Assembly (NCBI RefSeq): GCF_026210795.1
Contig: NC_089434.1
Span: forward strand, 5,332,001-5,396,000
Direction: 5' to 3'
From: Rhizophagus irregularis
Taxonomy: Eukaryota
Length of the DNA: 64,000 bases
The position numbers were made by a program, and so were the translations under genes. Positions 1 through 13,050 of this stretch are shown here, piece after piece. The notes below the pieces were generated by a model. It was not told where the DNA came from. It did not search any database and saw only the letters and a list, made by a program, of their open reading frames with translations. Each line of letters begins with the position of its first letter. Position 1 is the first letter of the stretch.

Positions 1-444
1 TAGTTCACGTGGATTTAAAAATAAAAATAAAAATAAAATAATACCAAAGTGTCGGTATCATATATCACATTTAGCAAAATGTATTACAAAATATGATTAA
101 TACCAAATCTTATTTTTTGATGAATTTTCCAGGAAATCTAGAAAAATCTTTTAAAATTTAGTTCTTTTACTATCGTCACTAAATTATGCTAAAATTTTTT
201 GTCTAAACATTAAAAAATTAAGATGACGAAAACACGATATAATGATTTTAGATGGGAAGGAATAGTACTTTATGGAATATTATTAGAACGGGACTTATCT
301 ACCCACTTTCAGTATCTTGGAACAATTAGTCTAACACATTTGGCATTAACATCTAAACCCATGATCATGAGGATGTTAAACAAATATAATAAAACGAATT
401 TTAAACGAATATAAGGATTCCTCAATTCCTTGGATTGTCCCAAC

Positions 445-1719
445 TAGAGTTTAGAACCGGTTCTATTTTCGAAAACCGAATTTAAAACGGGCGCAACCGG
501 TTCAATCCGTTTCAAACCGATTTTGCAAAACCTGAATAACCGATTCGTATATATTTGATGATTCTGGCCAGAATTAAATGTGATCGGCATAAATCCTGCC
601 AAGTTATAATTCCAGCCGGAATTACATCCCTTGTGTAACACAGTTCGAAATTTTGTGGGACACAAATATCTATAATAAAATTTTGTGTAACATAACTTAC
701 CCAGTGGCTAAACTATTTAGCCGTAGTCACGTGATTTAAATTTCGTAATTCGGGCCAGCACTATAAAGTTTCAAATATAAATTTTATAATTATTTCTTAT
801 TATTTTATATTACGTCAATTTTAAACTTATAATCAACTTAGGAAAAATATTTGAACAATTAAATATATTAGAAATCTGTTCATTTCATTTATTATTATTT
901 TTTTGACACTCATTTTATTCGATAAATTATCAATTTAACTAAACCATTTGAATTAAAATTTTTATTCAAAAATCTGGTGATTATTTAGAGAATTTCGAAT
1001 ATGGATTTGGTTATAATAGTCTATTATTAAATCAATAATTTCTTTAATTAATTAATTGTAAAATATTGTAAAAATATCAATTTTTTTTGATTTTTATGAA
1101 TTTGAAAATCAAACTTGAAAATCTTAATCATCTTTCTACATGTTGTTATAAAAAAAATTGAAAGAAAAAAAAATTAAAAATAAATTTGGGGGAAAGAAAA
1201 AGGATAAAGAAAGGAATTGGTTCAAAAAAAAGGGAAATTTCCAAAAAAAAAAGGAATCTGAAAAAAAATAAGTACCGAAAAAAATTCTGAAAAAAAAGGA
1301 CAATAATTCAAAAAAAAAAATATATTTTTCAGTTTGAGAAAAAAAATTAAACCTAAACGGGAAAAGAATGAGAAAAAACAAATTTTTTGGTTTGAAAAAA
1401 AACTAAACTGAAAGAAGAAAGGAAGAAAATTTTTTTTTCAGTTTAAAAAAAAAACGAAAAATTTAAAATTATTAATCAAAAAAAAAAATTCTAAAATTTC
1501 ATTAACTGAAATTGTATTAGTTGATTGGGAATAAATAGATCAGGTGGAGGTATGTCATCATTCACAAAAATTAAAAATCGGTTTTGATCGGTTTGATTAA
1601 TCGGTTTAAACCGGTTTGAATATAACCGGTTAACTGAATCGTAAACCGGTTAAATTTCGAATTGGTTAAACCCGGTTATAAATCCGATAACCGATTCTGG
1701 TTCTAACTTCTAACCTCTA
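445..1719. mobile_element. Non-autonomous hAT-type DNA transposon, 1275 bp
   Basis: 8-bp TSD GTCCCAAC at 437-444 and 1720-1727. TIR TAGAGTTTAGAA / TTCTAACCTCTA (11/12 match). Dense AACCG/CGGTT subterminal repeats at both ends. Absent at the paralogous site near 13650. Confidence 0.92.
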
Positions 1720-1870
1720 GTCCCAACTTCAAGGAAAATCTGGATCAGGGGATTCCCGCATATAATGAGTTACACATATAATGAGTTGCAGAAGTTTTGC
1801 CAAAGGAAGCATTGTGACCTTGTCCATACCGATCTTTGAATAAAATATTACAATGGGCGAGTGCGTGAAT

Positions 1871-1954
1871 GGGGAGAAGACGAAGAGAGTAAAGGCCACA
1901 AATGCTTTTATAATATTTTCTTCTAGATACGGTGAAACAATCCAGAATACGTGA
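1871..1954 (+). pseudogene. Truncated MATA-type HMG-box fragment (copy A)
   Basis: Translates GEKTKRVKATNAFIIFSSRYGETIQNT*, resembling HMG helix 1 (K..RP.NAFII[FY]R..Y). Stop follows helix 1. Confidence 0.55.
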
Positions 1955-2579
1955 AATTAACAAATAATAAATGAATTGAGATTTTTTACGCCTTTTTTTT
2001 GTGTAATGCTTTTTTTAAAAAAATGAAATGTTATGAATTAATTAAATATAATTTTTCTTAATAAAAATAATATTTTTTTTTTTATATCTTTGAATATAAT
2101 GCATTATTTGTTATATTCCGACTATTCCATTATAATTAATTCATTTGAACCTGTTATGAACTTTCGCATTTAACGTTGATTTACCGTTTCAAAAAGAATA
2201 TAAGAGCTAATATAACTGTTCATTAGTAGCATGTTGTTTTAAGTTAGTGTTGTTCTCCGTAAATAGTTGTAAGTCCAAAAGTCAAGTAAATATAATGGTT
2301 GTAAATCAAAATTACCATCTTTTAGCTAACCACAATCGTGTAGTATTTACAGCCAATTTACAGATTACGTTTATAATATTACAACCGCTAAAAGTTGTAA
2401 TTCGATATATAATAATTGTTACTTACGGCAACCAACCTTATTTAAGTCAATAAATCCTATTAATTATTGAAAGAAAAAAAGCGATATTAAAAATGATCCA
2501 ATTTGATAAAAACACAAGAATCAGTATAGTATCAGTATCCAAGAAAATGACATAATAAAAATGATTTATATTTATCAAT

Positions 2580-3175
2580 AATTGATTTTGTGATTAATGA
2601 TCTTCTAACATAAAAGCGGTTTATTAGATGAGTTGTTACATTTTCAGCTTCTACGATTGACTACACTGTATTACATCATCTACTTATGGTTTCCTTTGGG
2701 GTAAGGAGACGATGTAGTACACCAGTGTATGGGTGGCATGTACGTGAAACTTGACCCACCTATTCATGGTGAAGATGTGATCGACAACGTCGTACGTGGG
2801 CCAAAGATTCATATTTTTGCATATAGTATGGGTGCATTCACAAATTCAATCGGATTGGATTGAGTACGCCTCAATCAACCCACGTTCACAGATTACAACA
2901 TTGGATTGAATTGTATTGAATTGACTATTAAATTTCCAATCCAGGGTACCCACGATTGTCGTGCGTTTACCACTATAGTTCAATCCACTTATTTGTGAAT
3001 ACAATAGGATCGGAAAGTCCCACGGATTACAAAATTGATTTAGATTGGTCAATATACCAGTATACCTACAATTATGGACATGGAATTGATGGAATCCAAG
3101 ATTGGCAAATCCATAATTGTTTAAATCCAGATAACAAATCATTTGTGCAATTGCAGCACCCAATTAATTAATTAT
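2580..3175 (+). pseudogene. Degenerate coding fragment present only in copy A; weak alpha/beta-hydrolase-like motif
   Basis: About 600 bp, less AT-rich, absent from copy B (junction near 14225). One frame reads ..DVIDNVVRGPKIHIFAYSMGAF.., similar to the [AG]xSxG nucleophile elbow. Stops in all + frames. Confidence 0.3.
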
Positions 3176-4561
3176 TCATATATTTTGATAGTCATTAAAA
3201 CTTTCATCTTTACAGAATTTCATTCAAAGAAGAAACAATTTTGTCCTTTTGTAACTGGTGGGGCAATTATCCAATTCTCAGTCCTGTAAGGACAACACAC
3301 ATTACACTAGTACAGTCAGCCAATTAGTTGACAATTATAATTAATTCATAGATATGACAATTAAATGATAAATATTGGATTATGATTCGGTAAGATCCAA
3401 TTTTTGAAGTTATTGCTTCGAAATCATGAAATTCATTCAAATTTATTATGGTGCAACTCATGTAATTACTCTAAAAAACAATAAACTGCCTAAATGTTTA
3501 AACGTGAATAAATAAAAATTGAGTTTATAATAATGCAGTATTGTCTGGTGTCTCTTTCATATTTTTTTTTGCGCTATAACATCACAATCGCGAAATAATT
3601 TGTAAATCGATCTTTGTAATTTGGAAACGAATCACTATAGTATCACTATAATGATGACGCGAAATTGATTTTTGAAATTGAGAATAAGAAAAATCTTATG
3701 ATGAGTATTATAATGAATTGTTTAAAGAATTTTTTTATTTACAAATTCTGCTGATATTGTAATATATATAGTTCATTGCATAATCAAATGAATCAAAAAT
3801 TCAAAATTATAGACATAATTTAACGAATTTAAAAACCACTTTACTAGGATTGAAAGAAGATATCAGCTAATTATTACCAATCACATCCAATCACGTAAGG
3901 TTAACGAGCCACATTCTTTTTTCTTATCCAGCATAAACACAATAGCATGAAATCTACTATTAATTAATTGTATATAAAGAAATCAGTCATATTTCTCTTT
4001 TTCCTGAAACTAACCAGCTTTATAACAAATACTTCGATCGATTGATCATTTCAATATAAATATAAAAGTATTTTATCAACTTTTTTTAACATGAAATCCT
4101 CTTAAAATCAATGATATAATCCTTTTCAGTAACGTTCAAAATAATTCTATTCAATATTTGAATCATATATTTAAAAAAAACTACATAAATATTAAATAAT
4201 ATTAAGTAAATAAATTTATTGAACATTTCAAACTAATAGAGTTATAATTTTTAAAATTTTTGATTATTTAGTATACAAGAAAAAATTTTATTATAATAAA
4301 AAGATTTTTCGTTATTTCTATATTATTTTCGGAAATTGTGTGATCTGTATTCTAAAATCTAAAGCGGGATGTCTAAGTTAAACAATAAATTTGTTGTAAT
4401 AAAGCTAATAAACATAATAACAGAATATCGGTAAAACAGAATGCTATTTTTTTTTATAATATAATAAAAAGAATTTATTGAATAAAATCAACATAAAAAT
4501 TTCCCTTTTTTTGATAACACCGGCCAGAATTACATAATTGCTAAGGCTGAAAAGCTTGCAA

Positions 4562-4696
4562 GACTATCATTATTATAACGAATCACGTGATGTAAAGCCA
4601 ATAGAATTCGTCAAAACCAACCAATTAAAGTCTTTAGATTCTTCGTTATAAAACTGATTATCAGTAACGAAGTTGACGACTTCAGAGTTGACTGTA
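4562..4696. mobile_element. Partial Tc1/mariner-like MITE related to 30868-31040
   Basis: Internal tataacgaatcacgtga..agccaat..aaccaat..ttcgtta parallels 30897-30980. Ends in gagttgactg|TA (reverse CAGT terminus plus TA). Confidence 0.5.
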
Positions 4697-7172
4697 TTGT
4701 GTTCGGTGGTTTAGAAATCAATGATTACCGTCAGCTCTCTTATTTATTTAAACGTTTCGTGGCATCTCCTTTTGCCAGCATCTACTCCTTTCCTCATTTG
4801 AGGCATTTTAATTTTCTGAAATTCCTCCCGTTTCGCACATCGCGCAAGAGGGAAAGATATGCGGGCGTTGGGACTTATCAATATTTTTCGATTTCTGACT
4901 TCTCTTTACACGATTGCTTAAAGAAGGCGGGTACATTCTCCGCCTTTTTTGCTTGTGCAAGTAAGTCAGTTGAACGAATTCACTTTGATCAAAGATTACC
5001 CACATGAATATTAGTGACCATAGAAATAACAGCTATTTGATTTACAGTTTTATCATTTATTGCATTATTACTGTGGGATAAAGGTTGGAAAGACGTCGTC
5101 TGGTAACTTTTTGGCCTTTGCGCGTTGTTCGGGGGATATAATTCTGCCCATATAAAGAAATGGAACCAAATTTTGAGCAACACGCGATATTGCTAGTAAG
5201 CAAGAAAGGAGAGGTTTCTTTAACCTTGACAAAGGGATTCCAGATATAAGGTATTTCGATTTTGGTGAATTACTTTTTTCGATTCAAATTTCTATTGATT
5301 GACCATACTTAATAATATTTTATAAATGGTTTACAGAACTATATATCCTATTTGATATTCGTCTTTGGAACCTAAAAGACTTATGTTGCCTGAAAATTCG
5401 TAAAGGATGGCAAAATCACCCGGAGTCGAATTTGAAAACGCACTTATATTACCCAATAGAGATATGAATTGCCAAAAGAAATCTTAACAAAAAACAAATC
5501 ACACCAAATTTCACGCAATTTGCCTTACAGTCTGGATCTGTAAATCAGATCCGTTTACAGTAAAGAAGTAATGTTTTACTATAATCATAGAAAATGAATA
5601 TCCTTAATCTCCAAAATTCGAGAAAGGGTGACTTGGGACAGGCCTCGATGAGACGATGACAAATATCTGGTTCTGAGATGACAATCGGCAATCGGATCCG
5701 TAAACTGATTATGTCGTATGTTAATTCTCTACGGGATTTTTAATCAAAAATTTTCAAATTATAGAAATACAACTTATCACATTAATTCCACTTATGTCGA
5801 TATATTTTTATCAAATTGAAAAGAAAACCTTCCTACCACATGGCGTATCTTCACCGATTATAATTCAAATTCTCAGTAAAAATTCTCTATTCGATACGTT
5901 CCTTTCTATAATCAAGTTTTCTTCTCGCTTGTAATTTTTCTGGACTAAGTACCAATGGAAGTTTTTCGAAGAAATTCTGTCGAATTACTCACCTTAACGT
6001 TGGGATCAAAGTCGGTATTATAATCGATCTCTGTTCTTATATTGATAAGCAAAAAGCATTTGAATTATATCAAATTGTAAATCTTTAAATATATAATTTT
6101 TGGCCAACAAGTCTGTAGAGGGAAATCTTTTGACACTATTGCTGGGTATCGCTCTAGATTTATGATATGATGGATGGTTAATTTAGGATAATATTTCAAT
6201 GTCTATTAAGGAAGGATATATCTCAAAAAAAACTTTTCTCATGGCTTTGGTTACAACATATCGTCATCTAGATAACAGCTTCGAATCATAATAACCCAAA
6301 CAATGTGTGATGACTTGATGATCTTATTCTTAGTATTAAACACTTTTAGTTGTATGTGTTCAAAGAGTATAAAATGCCGTTGCGCATTCAGCTGCAACTT
6401 CTAAGCGGAAAATTGGACTAATAGTTATTAACCGTTATCAGGATGGGTTACGGCTTTTTCCTTGATGTCTTATTCTCCGATGAATGTAAGAGTTCATTCT
6501 TAATTACAATTCTCACCTGCAGTTGCTAATAAATATTATTGTAGAGTTGTTATTCCCATAATTTGGAGAGATCCTTTGCGACAAAATTAGAGTACACGAG
6601 TCCACGTTCTAATCAAATAATTTGACATTTGTATAATATTACGTTATCAGAAGGTAGAATATGGTTTTACCAACATTACCTACTGAATGTTTCTGGTACG
6701 ATTTGCAAAATCTCAATGAAAAATAAAATCGCATTTGGTGTAATGAGGTTCGCCAAGCAATAGAGTAAAAAGCCCAAGTCGACGTCGACAAAAATGCGTG
6801 GTCTGCGTGGATCATATATGAGAAATATATTGTCATATTTGTGATCGTCGTCTCTAATCTCATATATCATATGCCGAGTTTTTTTTGGATATATTATATT
6901 AAGGGCAAAAGGTATTATTAGCCAAAGCGAAGCTAGTATCGTTGTTTATCATTTGATGTGAATTGTTTAACATAATTTTCATTATTTGTATGAGATCAAT
7001 TAATAATTAAAGATAGTGTTTTTAATAACTACGCGTCCACCGGAATAATTTCGTAATTGAATATCAAGTGAATGATTAAGATTGTAAATCGCTCGCAAAA
7101 TATCTTCGTTATAATAAAAAAAATTCGATATATGTATATATTTAATAATTTAGTTCAAAGAAATAAATAACG

Positions 7173-7206
7173 ATTATGGCAAGCCGCCTCGGCGGCTTGC
7201 CATAAT
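7173..7206. other. Perfect GC-rich hairpin (16-bp stem, 2-nt loop), possibly a Helitron/Helentron-type terminal palindrome
   Basis: ATTATGGCAAGCCGCC-TC-GGCGGCTTGCCATAAT is an exact inverted repeat. Confidence 0.75.
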
Positions 7207-8454
7207 ATCTTCACATGAAAGATACAATTCAGCATCGGGTATATCCTTTTTTAGAAATGATTTAAAGATTATCCTCCTTAAATACGGTAATTCAGGTGTT
7301 AGGAACAATTTGGGCTTTTTTTTTTAAATTATAATGTTGAAAAAAATTATTTTTCAATTTGAATTATTTGCCCCGGTTGGGTTGTCATCTCAACGTGTCC
7401 TTTTTTATTTTATTATATAGAGAATTTATTCCAATTTGAAATATTGGCACAAAACATTCATAAGAAAATGCACTTTGAAACAATTGATTAGAGCAATATC
7501 AAAAAATTGTCCAAAGTTAATGGCCACTTTAAGTTAAAAACATTTTTCAAATAATAATTTTAGATTTTCTACAAGAAGTTTGAAGGCTGCGTTAATTTTT
7601 TACTTTAGATGCATAAGTATTAATGCAAGGAATCCAATTTTGTTGAATGTTGATGTAGGTTTAATTTCGTAAATTCTTTTTTTTTTCATGTTTTTTTTCA
7701 TGTATAAAACTTTTCTTCTAAAAAAAAAAGTTAAATAGATCATTAAATAAATGAAAAAATGACATTTTTTCAATATTGGTTATTTGATTTCGCTCAAACT
7801 TGGATAAGAAAGATATGAATCATTTTTCAAAATCTCCTTAAACGGCCAATCTCGAAGTATACATTTTTGCATTGAAATTAAAATTTTCCATATAAGTATT
7901 TTTATTAACATTTTTTTTTTTTAGCTTGAATGAAATTGAAGTTTCACATGCGTGAAGCTTGATGAGAAAGATGTTTGAACATGAAGTGGGATCAGTAATG
8001 CATGCTTACGATTCAAGATCCAATGTGTGCATTTTAATTTAAAGGATGGAAAGAACGCGAATTATTCGTTGCGATCCTAATCGTGAACGTAAACCGAATT
8101 GCTACGCCACGCGACGCTAGACAGAATCGGCTGTCTGAAAATGAAAAAAAAAACAAACATTATATTGTTAATATTTCTAAAGGGAAGAGGATGGGTAAGC
8201 ACCAATAATCATTGATATTATTTTATGTGCACAATTGCACTTAGTAAAACTATTGTTAATGAAACCTGATATAATAACAAATATATCTTATACAAATAGG
8301 TCAAGTATTAATAGGATGAATCAAGCGGTCGGAACCCATTAACAAATATCACAAATATAGTTATTATAATATCAACAAATCTGATCCACTAGCAACAACC
8401 ATCCCGAAGTATACTTGCCGCCCAAATAAATGGGATGGGAACCCCATCCCATAA

Positions 8455-8640
8455 TTATTTATACAGATTGTAAACCAATAGTTGAAATGTTGAATGGACT
8501 AACAAGAAAAGTAATCATGAGTTTGATGGGAATAATAAATGATGTAAGCTTAGAATGATGATGATGGGAAAAGAAACATATTAGTGAGAAAGATAATCAA
8601 TTTGCTGATTGTCTATCAAGAATAAGAATGCCAGAAGATA
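8455..8640 (+). mobile_element. Ty3/Gypsy-type RNase H remnant
   Basis: Motifs YTDCKPIVEMLNG (cf. YTDHKPL) and KHISEKDNQFADCLSRI (cf. HI.GK.N..ADALSR). Confidence 0.7.
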
Positions 8641-10763
8641 TAAAAAGGGAAGAAAATTTCAAATATAAAAAAGGAAAAAATTAAAAACAATAATAATGAT
8701 ATTTGAATCTCCCGCAAGAAGAAATTATTAACCTTAGGGTTAGGTTAGGGTTAGTTGATAGGAATATTATTGCGTTGAAGGTAGAACTTAGCGGTGATGA
8801 TCACCGGCGGCGACAATTAGAAAAATTCTTTATTTTAATATTAAAAAATTATAATCGATTGGCTTTATTTAAAAAAAAATTCTGACTGAATTTTATTAAA
8901 AATTCATAAACTTTATGCAATCCAAAAATCATCAATTTTGTAGAGTAGTGTATATACTCATGGTATAATAAGTTCCTATATTAATAATTAAGTGATAAAG
9001 ATCAAGAATTATTAGAAATATTCAATACAGATCAAGAAATTTCATATTTTTATGTACAGCAAGAACCAATAAGGATGGAGGTAGAATGTAAATCGTTGAT
9101 AAAAGTTTTTAAAAATTTATTAAAGAATTTAAAGAACAACAAGAACAACAAAATAAAAAACTTAGAAAAGGGATTAATGAATTAGCAAATTGGATAGCAG
9201 ATGGACATGATAAAATAATCCAAGGATTGAATAATGATTTAGAAGTAGTTATTAAAAGAGGGAATGGAAGGAGAAACGCGATAGAAGAAGACGAAGATAC
9301 GGAGCAAGAAGAAAGAACCATCAAATGATTTTTTAAATAAAGAATTTTGTTAGTTTAAATTAGTTCGTAATAAATGGATTGGATATGTTATGAGATTGTT
9401 TGAGTGCTCATGGGTATTATTGCATTTCTTCATTCTTGAAGATCCATGAAGGATTACACGACACCCTTATTTGCATATTTTGGCGGAATTTTGTTAGCAA
9501 CAAGGATCATTTTCTACCTCAGTTATAGTTTTAGCGTGTATGCATTTTTCCTGCTCTCTTTTTTATACTTTAAGACTTACTACCAATAACCAATTCTAAT
9601 ATTAGCAGAAAATTACGGCGTAACAAAAATTGGCCGAGATTAATTGCTGAATGTAAAAAACATAGCAGAGCAATAAAGGCTAAATTCTTGGAATTATAGC
9701 ACAAGTCAAACACGACCACGAGAATATTGAACGAAATAAATAATTTATTGTATTTAAAAAAATTTTCCATAAGATCTATTATATATTTAATCCATCAGTC
9801 ATCTATACTGAAAAGCTTTAAGATGCTTAATGAATAGCCCGACGTAATAAATAGAGAACATTAGAATTCAGATAAGATGTAAAACCCAAGTAAATATGAG
9901 AAAATCATGATAACTTGAATGTGGAAGAAACTATTCGAAAGGATTGTACAGCCAGCTCTTAGATTTAGAGGAATTACAAGGATCTGTATTTTTAAACTTT
10001 CCATAGTGATAGATGGACTGATCTGTCATTTTCATGATAAAAAAGATCTTTTTTTACGTGTCCAATTTGTAGATGAGGCTTTGAGTAAAGTTAGTTGTTC
10101 ACCTAATGGTGATATTAATGATACTCCTAACCTTTGCTTTACATCATAGAGTTTATTATACTTTGCGTTATGGTATCACTATTGGTGGTTAAAGTGGAGA
10201 TGGTCAGACTTAACATTCAAGTTTAATTCATTATATTCAACTGAACATTGAATGTATCGAAACTGATAAAAAGAAAGAGAACATATCGAACCGACTAACT
10301 TAGAGCGCTGAGAGATTAGGACTTTGGCAAACGCGAGACAAGATGTCAACATACGAATGTGATCATATTCGATGAAAGTTTGGATCAAAAAGAAATTTCT
10401 CTTACAATGTTTATATATTTGCATACGGTTTGGAAAACTCACGTGATGTGAACAGTCCAGAGAACATTCTCAGGCATTGATGAAGTTTTTGATAAAGATT
10501 TCAAAAACTTGGATAAAATTTTGAGATTCACGTTCAATATATTGAAATTTATAACGAGACAACTAATTTAAAACACGAAAAATCATACAGGGACCACCAC
10601 AAGAACATATACAGTAAGTTGACCTTCTCTATAGTAACTTAAATCCTTTTCATAAGCACAATTACATTAACCCAAGTTACTAGCAAACTTATTACAAAAC
10701 CTAATCTTTAATCAACTATTTTTAAAATTTTCCATTACCATTCAGTTATTGGCAATATGCATT

Positions 10764-10913
10764 AAACGACCAGCAGTTACTGCCTCTGTGGACGCTAAAG
10801 CATCCCGTTATGTTGCATCGATCAGAATCCAAAGAGGACGTACCGAAATCATCGCCGATTTGGCAAATATGGTTAAGAAGTTGTTAAAAGATTCTATTAA
10901 ACTTGTGGGCGTG
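10764..10913 (+). pseudogene. Argonaute PIWI-domain fragment
   Basis: RPAVTASVDAKASRYVASIRIQRGRTEIIADLANMVKKLLK, then after a frameshift RFY*TCGR. Matches the Ago PIWI segment (AAV.ASVD..ASRY.A.IRVQ..R.EII.DL..MV.ELL..FY..CG). Confidence 0.9.
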
Positions 10914-11017
10914 GATAATTCGCCAAATTATCCGACTGAAACGCCTTTTTTTGGTGAAAATTAACCTTTGAAATTTTGATATCAACTAAATAATATATAT
11001 TGTTTATACTACAAGTT

Positions 11018-11580
11018 TTAATCTAAAAAAAAGAGTAATATGGATTTAATTGTTAAAAACCATAAATTTACAAACATGTTATCATAGAACTGAATAGTGA
11101 ATAAATATTGATTTGATGTATTACTCATTAAATCAAAATACTCAAAATATAAATCTATTCTTTCTTCACTACCGTCATCAAATTCAATTACAGCTTCTAT
11201 TGCTCCTGATATAGTGATAACTTCTTGAATTCTTCCATCTTTAGATGTACTTGCTATACTTGCTCTTAGTAGTCGACGTTGTGGACTGTGGTTACATCCG
11301 GAGTAGATTTCTTGATTCTCCCCTAACGGACTCCTCCAATAATTCCACTTAAAAGCTCTTAATTGGCTACTCCTTTTATTTTGCACATAAAAAGCCCTAC
11401 GAACCTAATATAATCTAAAATTTATCATAAATATTTTTAAAAGTTTTGGTCCTGAAATAGAACTTTATGTTCGACCAACAAGTACGTTGATATTTTCAAT
11501 TTTCCAATAAGTAGGTTTACCATTAACATCCATCGACCCATCAATTAACGATCATTGCCATCCACAAAAACTCAATTTCA
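11018..11580 (-). pseudogene. Degenerate spliced gene of unrecognised family, divergent from the CENP-W-like gene
   Basis: Protein-like frames ..DGSMDVNGKPTYWKIENIN / VRRAFYVQNKRSSQLRAFKWNYWRSP..DGRIQEVITISGAIEAVIEFDDGSEERIDL joined by a plausible GT-AG intron. The upstream part has stops and frameshifts. Confidence 0.35.
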
Positions 11581-12144
11581 TCGTCTAAATATTATGTTCA
11601 ACTTTTTAAATCATGATCTAGTTCTCATCTTTGTTCTTGTACTTCGTATAAATTTACGAGCAGCGATTCCTCCTATTTTTGTCTTCATTTTTATAATTGT
11701 CATTCTCTTCTGGATGTTATGAAACTATAATTGGAAAAACCAACGTCCGGTGTCCAAATGTCATGTCTCACGAAGTCGAATTATATTAGTTTTCACTCAT
11801 TCAATTTCTAAAAAAGAAAATTAACCATCTTTTCACGGGATTTATTTAATAGAAGTTTAATGAGCCCCTGATTTTCTGTGTAAAAGCGCGTATGACGTGT
11901 TTTGTTGCACATGACATTAAAATAAGTATTTAACTACTTCCTCTACTTCTTCGTGTATTTCCTTTCAAGTTACTTGCTCGTTGCTTTTCTGTTTGGATTC
12001 ACCTACCAGGTATAATTTTAGAAGCGGCTAACAAAAAGTTTTATTTTGGTTGGTTAAGTTTAGGTCAGCTATTTAAACGAAATCAAATTTTTTTATCAAT
12101 TCAGTTTTTTTAAATCAACGCCGTAAAGAAGTTTATCAACAAAA

Positions 12145-12561
12145 ATGCCTTCAACTCCTTCTCAGAGTCGACGCAGAATACTTAGAAGACTCGTTAAATC
12201 ACGCCAAACTAACATGAATACTGACAACTTAGTGCGGGTTTTTTTATAAACTACCGTTTTTTTTGGTTGTCGTTCTTTTAGGCAAATTTATCGATTTGTT
12301 CTTATTGTTTTTTACGTGTTTATCTTTATTATTTTAAATTGTTTTAGATTTACAATCATTGCAAGTTATTTCTTCAAACATTGGCACAAGAAGCTAATAA
12401 TGAAGCAGAAACCGATAATACAAATGTAGTTGAAGAAAAACACGTTAAAGTCGCTCTGGAGGTTAGTCAAAATTGTGAACCAAACATCTCAATTTCAATT
12501 ATTTTACTCTAATATAATGATTTTATCTAAATAGAAAGTTTTACATGAGTTCCAAGGATAA
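12145..12561 (+). CDS. CENPW: CENP-W/Wip1-like histone-fold kinetochore protein, 75 aa; exons 12145-12231, 12348-12461, 12535-12561
   Basis: GT-AG splicing gives MPSTPSQSRRRILRRLVKSRQTNMNTDNL/IYNHCKLFLQTLAQEANNEAETDNTNVVEEKHVKVALE/KVLHEFQG*. This fits the CENP-W pattern (R..L.R..K; D.L.....LF...LA.E....A; ..EHV.....K.L...xG end). Confidence 0.85.
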
Positions 12562-12982
12562 CTATAATGCTAGAAAAGAAAATTATTATTTACTAATTTT
12601 GAAATTATAGCTGTAAAGATTTAGCGAGAAGTTTTTTTCAAATAATTATATTTTTTTCTCATGTCGCCCTATGAATTCTCTTTAACCATTTTGTGAATCA
12701 TTAAATATTCTCTAAATATTTTGTACTCAAAGTAGCATTTTTTGCTTAATCAGCCTTAAAAATGTATTTTTTCTTTATTTCGATATTATCGAAAAGTCTG
12801 ATAAGCCGTTTTCACATTCTTTTTCACGTACTTATGACTGATTGTTTAATTATTTTCAACAAGTCTATTTTGAAGTTCGATTAAAATCTATGAAGACATT
12901 CAATTATACTTCGTTTTTGATAACATTCATAGCATTCTCCTAACCAACAGGTTTTCTTATTTAGGGCTTCCGAAGAACGAAA

Positions 12983-13050
12983 AAAGGAGACCCATCGGTT
13001 ATCTAAGTGAATTCTGCCTCTAACTTTAACAGTAGATCCATTTTGGAAAC
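12983..13050 (-). mobile_element. Helitron Rep-region remnant
   Basis: NGSTVKVRGRIHLDNRWVSF resembles the Helitron motif G..V..RG..LDNRWVVPYN. Confidence 0.55.

Larger units (their letters stand above)
414..8408. repeat. Copy A of a diverged local segmental duplication (paralogous to 13630-18603)
   Basis: Shared blocks: caattccttggatt (423 vs 13639), ggggagaagacgaagaga (1871 vs 13785), aaattgtgtgatctgtattctaaaatct (~4333 vs ~15538), ttggttacaacatatcgtcat (~6248 vs ~17177). Homology ends at caacaaccatcccgaa (8408 vs 18603). Confidence 0.95.

Noticed and set aside
1136..1381. 81-aa Phe-rich ORF
   Set aside because: Translation of poly-A tracts inside the hAT element; compositional artefact.
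1745..1963. Minus-strand ORF conserved in both duplicate copies (also 13683-13877)
   Set aside because: Similarity is explained by the DNA duplication; the recognisable HMG motif is on the plus strand.
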